A stretch of DNA of 64,000 bases from an uncultured Candidatus Peribacteria bacterium (GCA_964358505.1 CAYHOS010000001.1:22947-86946), one strand, 5' to 3'; positions 1 through 9,209 are shown, numbered from the stretch's first letter. Notes: a model not told the origin generated them from the sequence alone. A program made the numbers and translations.

Positions 1-103
1 GCGGAAATGGACATGGGAATCGGCCATGGGAGTGCATAATACCACAGAATGACTGCATGAATAGCGCTCGATCGAAAAACGAAAAACGTGATAGGATCGC
101 CGC

Positions 104-811
104 ATGTTCTTCCAGACATCCTGGGACGACGGCTGCGCGCTGGATTTGCGCATTGCAGGGCTCCTTGAGCGCTACGGCCTCAGTGGGACCTTCTACGTCT
201 GTCCCCGGGAACAGCACGGTGCCTCGCTTCTGGAGGAACGGGACATTCGCTCGCTCGCGGAACGTCACGCGATCGGAGCGCATACGTTGACGCACCCCCG
301 CTTGACGCGGATCCCCCTCGCGGACGCCGAGCGCGAGATCCGCGGGAGCAAAGCATGGGTGGAACGCGTGACGGGGAAGCCCTGCACGAGTTTCTGCTAC
401 CCGTACGGTGACGTGAATGCCGAAGTGCGCGGACTCGTGGAACGCGCGGGATTCGCGGGCGCGCGAACCACGGAAGACTTCCGCTTTACCTCCAAAGACC
501 CCTTTCTCCAACCGGTGACGCTCCAGGTTTCCCCGTTCCCCTGGCGCAAGCGGTTCCATCCGCCGTGGAAAATCCTGGATCCTCTCGGGCCTGCGCGTCA
601 CGCCTGGACACGCACGCGCGGCTTCGATCTTCCGCTCTCAGCCTTCACCTCTTGGTCAGCCCTGGCGATGGCGTTGTTGTACCGCGCACAGCCGGATGAG
701 AAATTGTTCTTCCACCTCTACGGGCATAGCCGCGAGATCGAGCGCTACGGGATGTGGGGGGCATTGGAGACCTTCCTGGCTCACGTCGGCCGCTCCGGCA
801 AGGAAGGGTAA
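104..811 (+). CDS. polysaccharide deacetylase (NodB/CE4 homology domain)
   Basis: 235-aa ORF with 'TSWDDGC' Asp-Asp motif, 'HTLTHP' His motif and 'FCYPYG'. TAGGAT box lies 6 nt upstream of the ATG. Confidence 0.75.
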   Translation: MFFQTSWDDGCALDLRIAGLLERYGLSGTFYVCPREQHGASLLEERDIRSLAERHAIGAHTLTHPRLTRIPLADAEREIRGSKAWVERVTGKPCTSFCYPYGDVNAEVRGLVERAGFAGARTTEDFRFTSKDPFLQPVTLQVSPFPWRKRFHPPWKILDPLGPARHAWTRTRGFDLPLSAFTSWSALAMALLYRAQPDEKLFFHLYGHSREIERYGMWGALETFLAHVGRSGKEG

Positions 812-1864
812 TCACTTCAAATCTGCCCACACCACCACTTCCCCCGCGACGAGGGACTTGGTAAGGGTTTTGCCTACCACCGTGCGTGCCTCTGCGGGGG
901 CGATGCCCGTGCCTGGCCTGCGGATGGCGAGCATGTCCGCGCTCAGCATGGTTCCCGCAGGCAGGTCGCGCGCGGCGGTTACGCTGCGGCGGCTCACGGC
1001 GCGTACCTCCGCCTCGCACGGCTGGCACTTCTTCTCGCCGTCCCCCAGCACCTCGAGCGGGATGTTCACGCCCTTGAGGAACTTGGAGTCGCGGATGCGG
1101 CGGACCATTTCGGCCAGCTCATCCGGCTCCAGCGAGGCCGCGTGATCGGGCCCGACCATCGTGCGGTCGAGCGTGTAGTGCTTTTCCACGATCTGCGCGC
1201 CGTATGCCGCGGCCATCACCGTGACATTGATGCCCACCGTGTGGTCCGAGTAGCCGACGGGGACGGGGAATACGCGGCGCAGCGTGTCCATGGCCCTCAG
1301 GTTGGTCTGGTTGACGGGTGAAGGGTAGGAGCTCACGCAGTGAAGGAGCACGAAGGGGACGCGCGCTCGCTCGAAAGGTTCCACCGCTGCGCGGATCTCC
1401 TCCAGTGTCGCCTGCCCCGTGGAGAGGATGGTGGGGACGCTCAACTCCGCCATACCCTGCATGAAGGGGGTGTTGGTGATCTCGCTGGAGGGGATCTTGA
1501 TGGCCTTCACGCCCATCCCCGCCAGGAAGCGCGCCGAGGCGATGTCGAAGGGCGTAGTGATGAAATCGATGCCCCGCCTCTCGGCGTACGCCTTCAGTTC
1601 CCGGTATGCATCGTGCGGCAACGTGAGGCGACGGAGCATGGCCTTCTGGTTTTCCTCTCCGCTGCGTTCCTGGTACGGCGCCAGGGGCGCGACGTCGGAC
1701 GCAAGTTCGTCGGGATCGAAGAGTTGGAATTTGACGGCGTCGGCGCCCGCCTCCACCGCCACGTCAATGAGTTCCTGCGCCAAGCCCGGTTCGCCGTTGT
1801 GGTTCACTCCCGCTTCGGCAATCACGTACACGCCGCCGGGACGGAGGGGAAGGAGACGAGCCAT
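812..1864 (-). CDS. neuB: NeuB-family nonulosonic acid synthase (Neu/Leg-type), copy 1
   Basis: 350-aa ORF with 'VIAEAGVNHNG' and 'DAVKFQ' TIM-barrel motifs and a C-terminal SAF-like domain. Paralogous to the pseI-like gene at 25852. Confidence 0.85.
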   Translation of the reverse strand: MARLLPLRPGGVYVIAEAGVNHNGEPGLAQELIDVAVEAGADAVKFQLFDPDELASDVAPLAPYQERSGEENQKAMLRRLTLPHDAYRELKAYAERRGIDFITTPFDIASARFLAGMGVKAIKIPSSEITNTPFMQGMAELSVPTILSTGQATLEEIRAAVEPFERARVPFVLLHCVSSYPSPVNQTNLRAMDTLRRVFPVPVGYSDHTVGINVTVMAAAYGAQIVEKHYTLDRTMVGPDHAASLEPDELAEMVRRIRDSKFLKGVNIPLEVLGDGEKKCQPCEAEVRAVSRRSVTAARDLPAGTMLSADMLAIRRPGTGIAPAEARTVVGKTLTKSLVAGEVVVWADLK

Positions 1865-1922
1865 GGGGATGTCACCCTACCTCCTTGGCGACGGAGGGGC
1901 AAGAACGTATACACTGTCCCCG

Positions 1923-2696
1923 ATGAAGACGCGCATCATCCCCCGCTTGGACGTGAAGGGGCCCACCATCGTGAAAGGCATCCACATGGAAGGATTGCGC
2001 GTGATGGGCGATCCGGCTGCGCTGGCGCGGAAATACTACGAGCAAGGCGCCGACGAACTCTGTGTGATGGACACCGTCGCAAGTCTCTACGGGCGCAGCC
2101 CGGATTTCGACTTGATGCGGTCGATCGCGAACGAGCTCTTCATCCCGCTCACGATGGGCGGGGGCATCCAGTCGCTGCACGACATCACGAACTTCCTGCG
2201 CGCCGGAGCGGACAAGGTGGCAGTCAACACCAACGCCATTCACAATCCACGGCTCATACCGGAAGCGGTGCGGCAGTTCGGATCCCAGTGCATCGTGCTC
2301 TCCGTCGAAGCGAAGCGCGTCGGTCCCGGGCAACCGCCGCAGGGCGGAAATTGGGAAGCGTTCATGGAAGGCGGGCGCGAGCACTCGGGGAAGGACGCCA
2401 TTGAGTGGATCAAAGAAGCGCTGGACCTCGGCATCGGGGAAATCCTCCTGACATCGATCGATCAAGATGGCACGCGGGGCGGCTTCGATCTGGAGCTCAT
2501 CCGCGCCGTCACATCCTTCGCGACGGTGCCGGTGGTGGCGCACGGCGGTGCCCGGGACGCGGCGGCACTCCGCGAGGCGCTGGACGCCAAAGCCGACGCC
2601 GTTGCGCTCTCTTCCATCCTCCACTACAACGATACTTCCGTCGGCGCCCTCAAGCGCGAGCTGCATGCTACCGGCGTTCCCATCCGCCTCCCCTGA
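1923..2696 (+). CDS. HisF-like cyclase subunit (WbuZ type) of sugar amidotransferase complex, copy 1
   Basis: Internal ATG of ORF 1419..2696. Carries 'RIIPRLDVKG' and 'LTMGGGI' HisF signatures. Stop lies 2 nt before the next ATG. Confidence 0.85.
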   Translation: MKTRIIPRLDVKGPTIVKGIHMEGLRVMGDPAALARKYYEQGADELCVMDTVASLYGRSPDFDLMRSIANELFIPLTMGGGIQSLHDITNFLRAGADKVAVNTNAIHNPRLIPEAVRQFGSQCIVLSVEAKRVGPGQPPQGGNWEAFMEGGREHSGKDAIEWIKEALDLGIGEILLTSIDQDGTRGGFDLELIRAVTSFATVPVVAHGGARDAAALREALDAKADAVALSSILHYNDTSVGALKRELHATGVPIRLP

Positions 2697-2698
2697 CC

Positions 2699-3334
2699 AT
2701 GCCCCGCATCCTCGTTGTCGACTACGGCGTCGGAAACATGCACAGCATCCTCAAGGCGCTGCGCCGCTTCCACGAGGATGTCGCGCTGAGCGAGGATGCC
2801 GAAGAGCTGCGCGCGGCATCCGCGCTCGTTCTGCCCGGGCAGGGCGCGTTCGCCTCGGGCATGGAGGGGCTCCGCATGCGCGGCCTCCTGGATGAGGTGA
2901 AGGATGCCGCGGCAGGGGGAAAAGCTATCCTGGGCATCTGCCTGGGCGCACAGCTTCTGCTGGAGAAGGGATACGAATTCGGGGAATGGGAAGGGTTGGG
3001 GCTCCTGCCGGGGAACGTGGTGCGCTTCCCCCCGCTCCAGGACAAGGCGAAGACGCCGCACATGGGATGGAGCGCCATCGAGGAGAACGGCGCGGGCACG
3101 TGGAGGGGCACCGCGTTGGAAGGCGTCCCTTCCGGAGCAGAGATGTACTTCATCCATTCGTACATTCTCCAACCGAGTGACTCTTCGCACACCCTCTCTA
3201 CCACGCTCTACGGCGGGCTGCGTTTCCCTTCGACAATCGGGAAGGGGAAGATCATCGGATGCCAGTTCCATCCGGAGAAGAGCGCAAGGGAAGGCCTCCG
3301 TATTATCGAGAACTTCGTGCGGATGGCGCATTGA
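2699..3334 (+). CDS. HisH-like glutamine amidotransferase subunit (WbuY type), copy 1
   Basis: Internal ATG of ORF 2405..3334. Carries 'ILVVDYGVGNMHS', 'GICLGAQLL' (nucleophile Cys) and 'QFHPEKS'. Confidence 0.85.
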   Translation: MPRILVVDYGVGNMHSILKALRRFHEDVALSEDAEELRAASALVLPGQGAFASGMEGLRMRGLLDEVKDAAAGGKAILGICLGAQLLLEKGYEFGEWEGLGLLPGNVVRFPPLQDKAKTPHMGWSAIEENGAGTWRGTALEGVPSGAEMYFIHSYILQPSDSSHTLSTTLYGGLRFPSTIGKGKIIGCQFHPEKSAREGLRIIENFVRMAH

Positions 3335-3337
3335 CGG

Positions 3338-4576
3338 TCACGTCACCTGCTGCCGAAGCTTCCACTCGCTACTCACCTTCTCCCACAGGTGCGGGGAGCG
3401 CCAGCTGTCCACCACGTCGTGGAACTGCCGCTCCGTGATGTCGCAGTACTCCAGGAATTCCTTGAAGTATCTCTTGGGGAACTCCCCGTCGAACTTGCGC
3501 ACCAGCGCCACGCCCTCCTCCCGCGTGATCTTGCCGTCCCGGATCTCATGCGCCGTCTCGGACGTTGCGCGGCCGATGCCGAACTTGATGAACGCCATGT
3601 AGAAATGGAATCCGTCCAGCTTGTCGTCCAGGCTGGCGTACTTGGAGTACGTCCCCTCCGTCCGCTCCGGGTTTGCCGTGAATCCCGTGTGCTGCGTGGA
3701 GTAGTAGAAGTTCTCCTGCGGATCCCAGAATTTGTAGTAGCTGTAGAAGTGGATCTCCACCTTGGTCTTCTGGATCTCCGCGAAGGGCGGCGCGAAGTAC
3801 GGAGAGAGGTCCTCGTCCGTAGCCCCGTGCTCCTTCCAGAACGCCGGCGGCTTGCCGGAGAAGTAGTGCTTGTCCTGGTCGGTGACTTCGCGCGTGGGCT
3901 TGTAGGCGTTCTTCATGTCGCCCCCGTACTCCACTTCCCCGTTCTCCCCGTAGAAGATGAGGGGGATGTTGTACTTGACGGCAACGTGCAGCGGGAAATT
4001 GTAGACGCCGTAGATGAAAGGCTGGAAGGGGTCCGCCATGTGGATGAACGACAGCTTCGTGAGAAGGCGGCTGGAACTCTTCTTGGGCGTGAAGAGGATA
4101 TGGTTGAATCCGGACTCCACGAACCGATCCAGGTTCTGCCGCCCGATGTCTGTATAGAGAAGGGGAGACCATGTGACCGTGAGCGGATGCATGCCGTACA
4201 CCTCCTTCAGCTGGTGCGCTACGTAGGAACCGTCCTTGCCGCCGCTCCCGGGGACGAGCACGTCGAAGGTGCCATCGTTCTTGCGGTGGCGGTCGCACAG
4301 TTCCCGCAGCTCCTTCTCCCGCGCGGCCCAATCCACCTGGCGCTTGTATTCCGCGTAGCGGCAGGCACTGCAGACGCCCTCCCCGTCGAACGTGATGCGG
4401 GGCCGCTGGTTGCTGATGGTGCACCTGGCGCAGAAGCGCACGGTCTCGGGGAGGCCGTACTCAACACTGGTATTGTGTCTCTGCAATGCCAAAGACGGAA
4501 GATTGTCAGGGATGGACGTATGGTACCATACCGCCATGACGCCACAGGACAACCGCTGGAAAATCTGGGACAACAT
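3338..4576 (-). CDS. N-acetyl sugar amidotransferase (PseA/WbuX/WbpG family), copy 1
   Basis: Cys-rich N-terminal 'CARC...GVCSAC' followed by PP-loop 'SGGKDGS'. Start is ambiguous (4576, TTG 4573 or 4537). The 5' end overlaps the divergent gene at 4536. Confidence 0.8.
   Translation of the reverse strand: MLSQIFQRLSCGVMAVWYHTSIPDNLPSLALQRHNTSVEYGLPETVRFCARCTISNQRPRITFDGEGVCSACRYAEYKRQVDWAAREKELRELCDRHRKNDGTFDVLVPGSGGKDGSYVAHQLKEVYGMHPLTVTWSPLLYTDIGRQNLDRFVESGFNHILFTPKKSSSRLLTKLSFIHMADPFQPFIYGVYNFPLHVAVKYNIPLIFYGENGEVEYGGDMKNAYKPTREVTDQDKHYFSGKPPAFWKEHGATDEDLSPYFAPPFAEIQKTKVEIHFYSYYKFWDPQENFYYSTQHTGFTANPERTEGTYSKYASLDDKLDGFHFYMAFIKFGIGRATSETAHEIRDGKITREEGVALVRKFDGEFPKRYFKEFLEYCDITERQFHDVVDSWRSPHLWEKVSSEWKLRQQVT
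4524..4529 (+). promoter_or_regulatory. -10-like TGGTACCAT, 6 nt upstream of ATG 4536
   Basis: Recurrent pattern. Confidence 0.45.
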
Positions 4577-5324
4577 GAAATCCTACGGGGAAGTGCTCTA
4601 CAAGCGCGCAACCGGGGAAGCGCCGGAAATGGAGAGCAGCAAGGCGGCTGCGCGGCGCCTGCAGGGCGTGCTCAAGGAAGGGGATCGCGTGCTGGACGTG
4701 GGCTGCGGCGCCGGCCACTACCTGCGGTCGCTGCGCAACGCCTTCGCGTTCCCGTTCACGTACACCGGCATCGACGCCACACAGTCGTACGTGGCATTGG
4801 CCGCTCAAGCCTTCGCCCATGATCCCCAGGCGGACTTCAAGCATGGTGACATCGAGGCGCTGCCCGCGGAGGACCGTTCCGGGGATGTCGTCCTGTGCAT
4901 GAACGTGCTGCTCCACCTCCCCCGCATCCTCCCGGCCATGCGCGAACTCTGGCGCGTGACGGGCCGGACGCTCCTCGTCCGCACCATGGTGGGCGCGAAG
5001 AGCTTCCGCATCAAGCAGATACGCGAATGGGAAGGGGAGAGGAAGGGCCAGGAGGATCCTCTCTTCGATGCTGACGGAGAACCGCACAGGTTCCACTACT
5101 TCAACATCTACTCGGAGCAATACATCAAGTGGATCTGCTCCACGCTGCCCGGTGCGGCCTCCTGCAGTATCGTGCAGGACAAGGATTACGACCCCGCCGC
5201 CCTCACGGCAGCCGCGTGGCCGGACAAGGACAAGCCCGGCGACCTCACGCAGACGGTAGCCGGCATGCAGGTGAACGGCTCCATCATCGAACCATGGGCG
5301 TTCATCCGCGTCGATCGAGGATGA
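4536..5324 (+). CDS. class I SAM-dependent methyltransferase
   Basis: Motif I 'VLDVGCGAGHY'. TACCAT box 6 nt upstream of ATG 4536 supports this internal start of ORF 4392..5324. Confidence 0.7.
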   Translation: MTPQDNRWKIWDNMKSYGEVLYKRATGEAPEMESSKAAARRLQGVLKEGDRVLDVGCGAGHYLRSLRNAFAFPFTYTGIDATQSYVALAAQAFAHDPQADFKHGDIEALPAEDRSGDVVLCMNVLLHLPRILPAMRELWRVTGRTLLVRTMVGAKSFRIKQIREWEGERKGQEDPLFDADGEPHRFHYFNIYSEQYIKWICSTLPGAASCSIVQDKDYDPAALTAAAWPDKDKPGDLTQTVAGMQVNGSIIEPWAFIRVDRG

Positions 5325-5331
5325 GCGGGGG

Positions 5332-6924
5332 CTACCCCATGGCGAGCGCCGATTGCTTCCGTAATTCTTCCGCCTGCGGGGCGGCGAGGACGGTGCCGTT
5401 GGGTTTGACTGCCTCTTGATGGATCCGCACGATCTCCTCGCATACGCGGGCAACGTGCTCGGGGCGCAAATTCGCTGAGGAGGGGAGACTGAGGCCCGTG
5501 TCGCCCAGCCGCTCGCTCACGGGCAGATGCTGACTATTGGCGTAGATCGGCTGCTTGTGAAGCGGAGGAAAGAACGGACGCGTGTCGATGCCGCGTTCCT
5601 TGAGCAGGTCCATCAGCGCGTCACGCGAATAGCCGAAGCGTTCGGCATCGATGACGATGGAATAGAGCCAGTACACGTTACGCGCCCAGGAGGCGCAAGC
5701 CGGCAGCGTCATGCCCGGCACACCCTCGAGTCCCTGCCGGTACAGGTCGGCGATCTTCAGTTTTGCATCGATAACGTCACTGATCCGTTCCATCTGTGCC
5801 AAGCCAAGAGCCGCCTGGAGGCTCGTGAGCCGATAGTTGTACCCCAGCACCGTATGCCAGTAGCGGCGTTCCGCCGACATGCCGTGGTCGCGCAGGAGGC
5901 GCATCTTCTCCGCCATGGCATCACTGTTGGTCACGACCATTCCGCCTTCGCCCGTCGTGACGATTTTGTTGCCGTAGAAGCTGAAGATGCCGATATCGCC
6001 GATGCTCCCCACGGGTTTCCCGCCGCACAGCGCACCGTGCGCCTCCGCCGCATCTTCCACCAAGGCGACCTTGTGGCGTCGTGCGATGCCCGTGAGTGCG
6101 CCCATGTCCGCCGGATGCCCGTACAAGTGCACGGGGATGATGGCGCGTGTGCGGTGCGTGATGGCCGCTTCAGCCGCTTGGGGATCGATGGTCCAGGTGA
6201 CCGGATCGCAATCCACGAAAACGGGCGTTGCGCCGGTGTATGCGACGGCGTTGGCAGTGGCGATGAACGTGAGGGAGGGGACGAGCACCTCGTCTCCCGA
6301 GCCGATGCCCAACGCCAGCAGACCCAAGTGCAGTGCCGCCGTGCCATTGGAAACGGCTATGGCATGTTTCACACCGCAGAATCTCGCGAAGATTCCTTCA
6401 AATTTCGTCACGAAGGGGCCGGCGGAAGAAATCCATCCGCTTACCACGCATTCCGTGACGTACTGCAATTCGCGCTCCCCAACGGAAGGGGAAGCCACGG
6501 GCAGGGCGATGCGTTGATCGAACGCCGCGGCGTCCACCACCCTGCCCCGTTCATCCAGGAGCGGGATGAGGCGCACCTTCTCGTGGAAAAGGCCGGCAAT
6601 GGATTCCGGAGGATCACTGATGCGTGCGGTAACGGAATCCGGCCGCGCGACCCCCAAAACGGGAGTATCCAACCCCTGCCCCCTCAGCAGAGCCCGCCGC
6701 AAGTCCCCGTCCGTCACCAACCCTGCAAAGCGGCCGTCCGCCGCCACGAGGAAAGCGGCACCCAGGCCTGCACGATCAATGGCGCGCATTGCCTCGCGGA
6801 TCGTGCCCGAAACGGGTACGCACATGGCGCGGATCTGGTCCGGAGTGAACACGGGGGGAGTATACCCGAGAACCCCCTCAGAGGGTTTCCAGAAACCGTC
6901 GTTGCGCCAGAAGCGCCTCTCCAT
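5332..6924 (-). CDS. CBS-pair domain fused to DegT/DnrJ/EryC1 sugar aminotransferase
   Basis: N-terminal region of about 130 aa has two CBS-like repeats ('GTIREAMRAID...GLVTDGDLRRALL'). C-terminal part has 'SNGTAALH' and 'FSFYGNKIVTTGEGG' (PLP Lys). Start is 6924 or 6825. Confidence 0.8.
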   Translation of the reverse strand: MERRFWRNDGFWKPSEGVLGYTPPVFTPDQIRAMCVPVSGTIREAMRAIDRAGLGAAFLVAADGRFAGLVTDGDLRRALLRGQGLDTPVLGVARPDSVTARISDPPESIAGLFHEKVRLIPLLDERGRVVDAAAFDQRIALPVASPSVGERELQYVTECVVSGWISSAGPFVTKFEGIFARFCGVKHAIAVSNGTAALHLGLLALGIGSGDEVLVPSLTFIATANAVAYTGATPVFVDCDPVTWTIDPQAAEAAITHRTRAIIPVHLYGHPADMGALTGIARRHKVALVEDAAEAHGALCGGKPVGSIGDIGIFSFYGNKIVTTGEGGMVVTNSDAMAEKMRLLRDHGMSAERRYWHTVLGYNYRLTSLQAALGLAQMERISDVIDAKLKIADLYRQGLEGVPGMTLPACASWARNVYWLYSIVIDAERFGYSRDALMDLLKERGIDTRPFFPPLHKQPIYANSQHLPVSERLGDTGLSLPSSANLRPEHVARVCEEIVRIHQEAVKPNGTVLAAPQAEELRKQSALAMG

Positions 6925-7720
6925 TCGGGAATTTCGCCTCCATGATCCAGGGGAGACTCTGGAGAGCCGGCGTGCGGAGCACCCCGGTGATCCAGCTGCC
7001 CTCCTCCACCGGGCGGTGCTGGTCGGCGCTCCCGTCGTTGTCGTGGAGGTGGAACGCGCCGATGTACGGTGCAAGGACTGCGATGAATTCCATGCGGTTG
7101 AATCCGTAGGTCGCCGCGGAGACATTCAGGTGCCCCGTATCGACCAGGATGCCGAGGAAAGGGGAGGCGATCATTCCAAAGAATTCCTGGAACTCATCCG
7201 TGGTCTGGAGCAGGAGCGTCCCCATGTTGTGACGTTCGCACACGTTGTTCTCCACGAGCAGCCGCACCCCCGCCCGCTCCGCGAAGGGGAGAAGTCCACG
7301 GATACTTTCCACGAAACGACGCAGTGCTTCCTGCCCCGCATCCGGCCTGTCCGGCTTGGGGAAGATGAATGCCAGTGTAGGATCGGTGACGAAGCCTGCG
7401 TGGACGGAGTACAGGGGGGCGCCGAGCGCGGCGCTGAGGGAGAGAGCACGTCGGACGAGCGCCATGCTCCTCTCCCGGATGCGCGCATCCACCGACGCCA
7501 GGTTGAGGACGAAAGGTTCCGGCGGAGGCGGGAAGTAATTGTGGAGGAGATAGGGACCGGGCCCCAGCAGCTGCGACGTACATGCGCCCTCGATGGTGAC
7601 CTTGTCGCCCAACTCCACCGCTTCCATACCGAGCTCCCGGTACAGCCGCAGACGATCGGTGAGCGGCTGCGCGCCGCCCAGGCACGCGGTGGAAGCATAG
7701 ATGGAGGAATGCGGCTTCAT
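6878..7720 (-). CDS. sugar phosphate isomerase/epimerase (xylose-isomerase-like TIM barrel)
   Basis: Carries 'LLVENN' and 'HLHDNDG' metal-site motifs. ATG 7720 overlaps the upstream stop (ATGA). Confidence 0.65.
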   Translation of the reverse strand: MKPHSSIYASTACLGGAQPLTDRLRLYRELGMEAVELGDKVTIEGACTSQLLGPGPYLLHNYFPPPPEPFVLNLASVDARIRERSMALVRRALSLSAALGAPLYSVHAGFVTDPTLAFIFPKPDRPDAGQEALRRFVESIRGLLPFAERAGVRLLVENNVCERHNMGTLLLQTTDEFQEFFGMIASPFLGILVDTGHLNVSAATYGFNRMEFIAVLAPYIGAFHLHDNDGSADQHRPVEEGSWITGVLRTPALQSLPWIMEAKFPNGEALLAQRRFLETL

Positions 7721-8490
7721 CGGTGAACGGAAAGGAGACGGTCGTACTCTTCCATGCTCGGTACCGGATACTTCTTCCCCCGGAGTTCGACCATGGCCGG
7801 CGGGTAGGGCGGAAAGTCGAGCGCGCGGATGAAGCAGCTGACGCGCCCGCGGTCCCACGAGGGATCGATCCTGCCGCCATACGGCACGGCGCGCGGATGG
7901 TAACTGCCGCCGGGCGCCTGCGGCGTCCCGCGTTCTCCCCGGAGCGCCAGCGCAACGGCCTCGGGAAACACGGCGAGTCCTTCGGCGATCTGGCGGTGGA
8001 AGAGCGTGTATGCCGAATCGTCCTTGCCGATGGGGATGATGCGCTGGAGCAGGATATTCCCCTCGTCGAACTTCTCGGTCATCCAGTGGTAGGAAAAACC
8101 CGTCACGTCATCGCCCCCGAGGATCGCCCACGGGACGGAGAAGCAGCCGCGGTGCTTGGGCAGGAGCGACGGATGGAGATTGACGCACCCACCCGTGGGG
8201 ATGGCGAGGAGGTCGCCGGGGATGCGGTCGCGGTAGTGCAGGCTGAAGAGCAGCCGGGGCCGCCGTTCCTGCAGCCATTGCTTGGCAGCGGACTCCTTCG
8301 CCGCCGACTGGCAGACGCTGATGCCGTTGTCCGCCGCGCAAGCGAGGAGCGGGCGGTTGCGTTCGTCGTCGCCGTGCGTGAGGAGGCCAACCTGTTCCGG
8401 ACGGTAGCCGAGTGCGGACAGGTGGCCGATGGCGAGGATGCCGGGCGCACCGTACGCTGCGAGTATCAATGATATGGAACGGTCTGTCAT
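7717..8490 (-). CDS. formyltransferase (Fmt-like sugar N-formyltransferase candidate)
   Basis: Canonical 'NLHPSLLPKHRG' formyltransferase motif. ATGA overlap with the upstream gene at 8487-8490. Confidence 0.75.
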   Translation of the reverse strand: MTDRSISLILAAYGAPGILAIGHLSALGYRPEQVGLLTHGDDERNRPLLACAADNGISVCQSAAKESAAKQWLQERRPRLLFSLHYRDRIPGDLLAIPTGGCVNLHPSLLPKHRGCFSVPWAILGGDDVTGFSYHWMTEKFDEGNILLQRIIPIGKDDSAYTLFHRQIAEGLAVFPEAVALALRGERGTPQAPGGSYHPRAVPYGGRIDPSWDRGRVSCFIRALDFPPYPPAMVELRGKKYPVPSMEEYDRLLSVHR

Positions 8491-9200
8491 GCGGGGAGAA
8501 CGCGTAACGCGGCTTCCAAGAAAGGCATATCGTCGAGAGTGTCCAGTTCGCGGCTTCGCTCCAAAGGCGCAACGTAGCCGCGGACATCGCCGGCGAAGAG
8601 CGCGCCGTTCACGAGTGCCGAAGAGACGCGAACCGCGTCCACGAGGCCGGAGAGCATATACACCGGAGGACAGAGCTGGCGCCGGGGGAAGGAACTTTCG
8701 TCGTGGCCGGGGATGAGCGGCGTGAGCCGCCCCTCCGCATCCATCCCTTTCATCCAGTACGGGTGCTGTTCCACCGTACACACCGAACGGACGGCATCCG
8801 CGCCCGTGGAAGAGAGGAGGCCCAACGCGCCCCGAATGTCTTCCGCTGTACGGAGCGGCGACGTAGGACGGAGCCAGAGGACCACATCCGGCTTCCACTC
8901 CTCCCGTTCGGCGAACCACTCGATGGCATGTCGGAAGACGGGGAAATCGGGAGTGTCGTCTGCAGCGATGGCGGAAGGACGCAGGAACGGGACTTCGGCC
9001 CCTTCGCGACGTGCAATGTCGGCAATTTCCCCGTCATCCGTGGAGACGACGATGCGGCTGCACGCGCCGGACGCTTTGGCGACGGCAATGGTCCACGCGA
9101 TGAGCGGCTTTCCCCCCAGGGGAAGGATGTTTTTACGCGGCACACTCTTGGAACCCCCGCGGGCGGGGATGAGCGCCAGGACTGCGGAAGCGGAAGCCAT
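8487..9200 (-). CDS. neuA: acylneuraminate-type cytidylyltransferase (CMP-NulO synthetase)
   Basis: N-terminus 'ALIPARGGSKSVPRKN' is typical of the CTP_transf_3 family. TACAAT box 9 nt upstream of ATG 9200. Confidence 0.8.
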   Translation of the reverse strand: MASASAVLALIPARGGSKSVPRKNILPLGGKPLIAWTIAVAKASGACSRIVVSTDDGEIADIARREGAEVPFLRPSAIAADDTPDFPVFRHAIEWFAEREEWKPDVVLWLRPTSPLRTAEDIRGALGLLSSTGADAVRSVCTVEQHPYWMKGMDAEGRLTPLIPGHDESSFPRRQLCPPVYMLSGLVDAVRVSSALVNGALFAGDVRGYVAPLERSRELDTLDDMPFLEAALRVLPA

Positions 9201-9209
9201 GGGAGGCTC

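Noticed and set aside
3389-4822. 477-aa plus-strand ORF antisense to the amidotransferase gene
   Set aside because: It is a typical high-GC antisense ORF (Arg/Val/Leu/Gly/Glu-rich, no motifs). The opposite strand encodes a protein with clear PP-loop and zinc-ribbon motifs.
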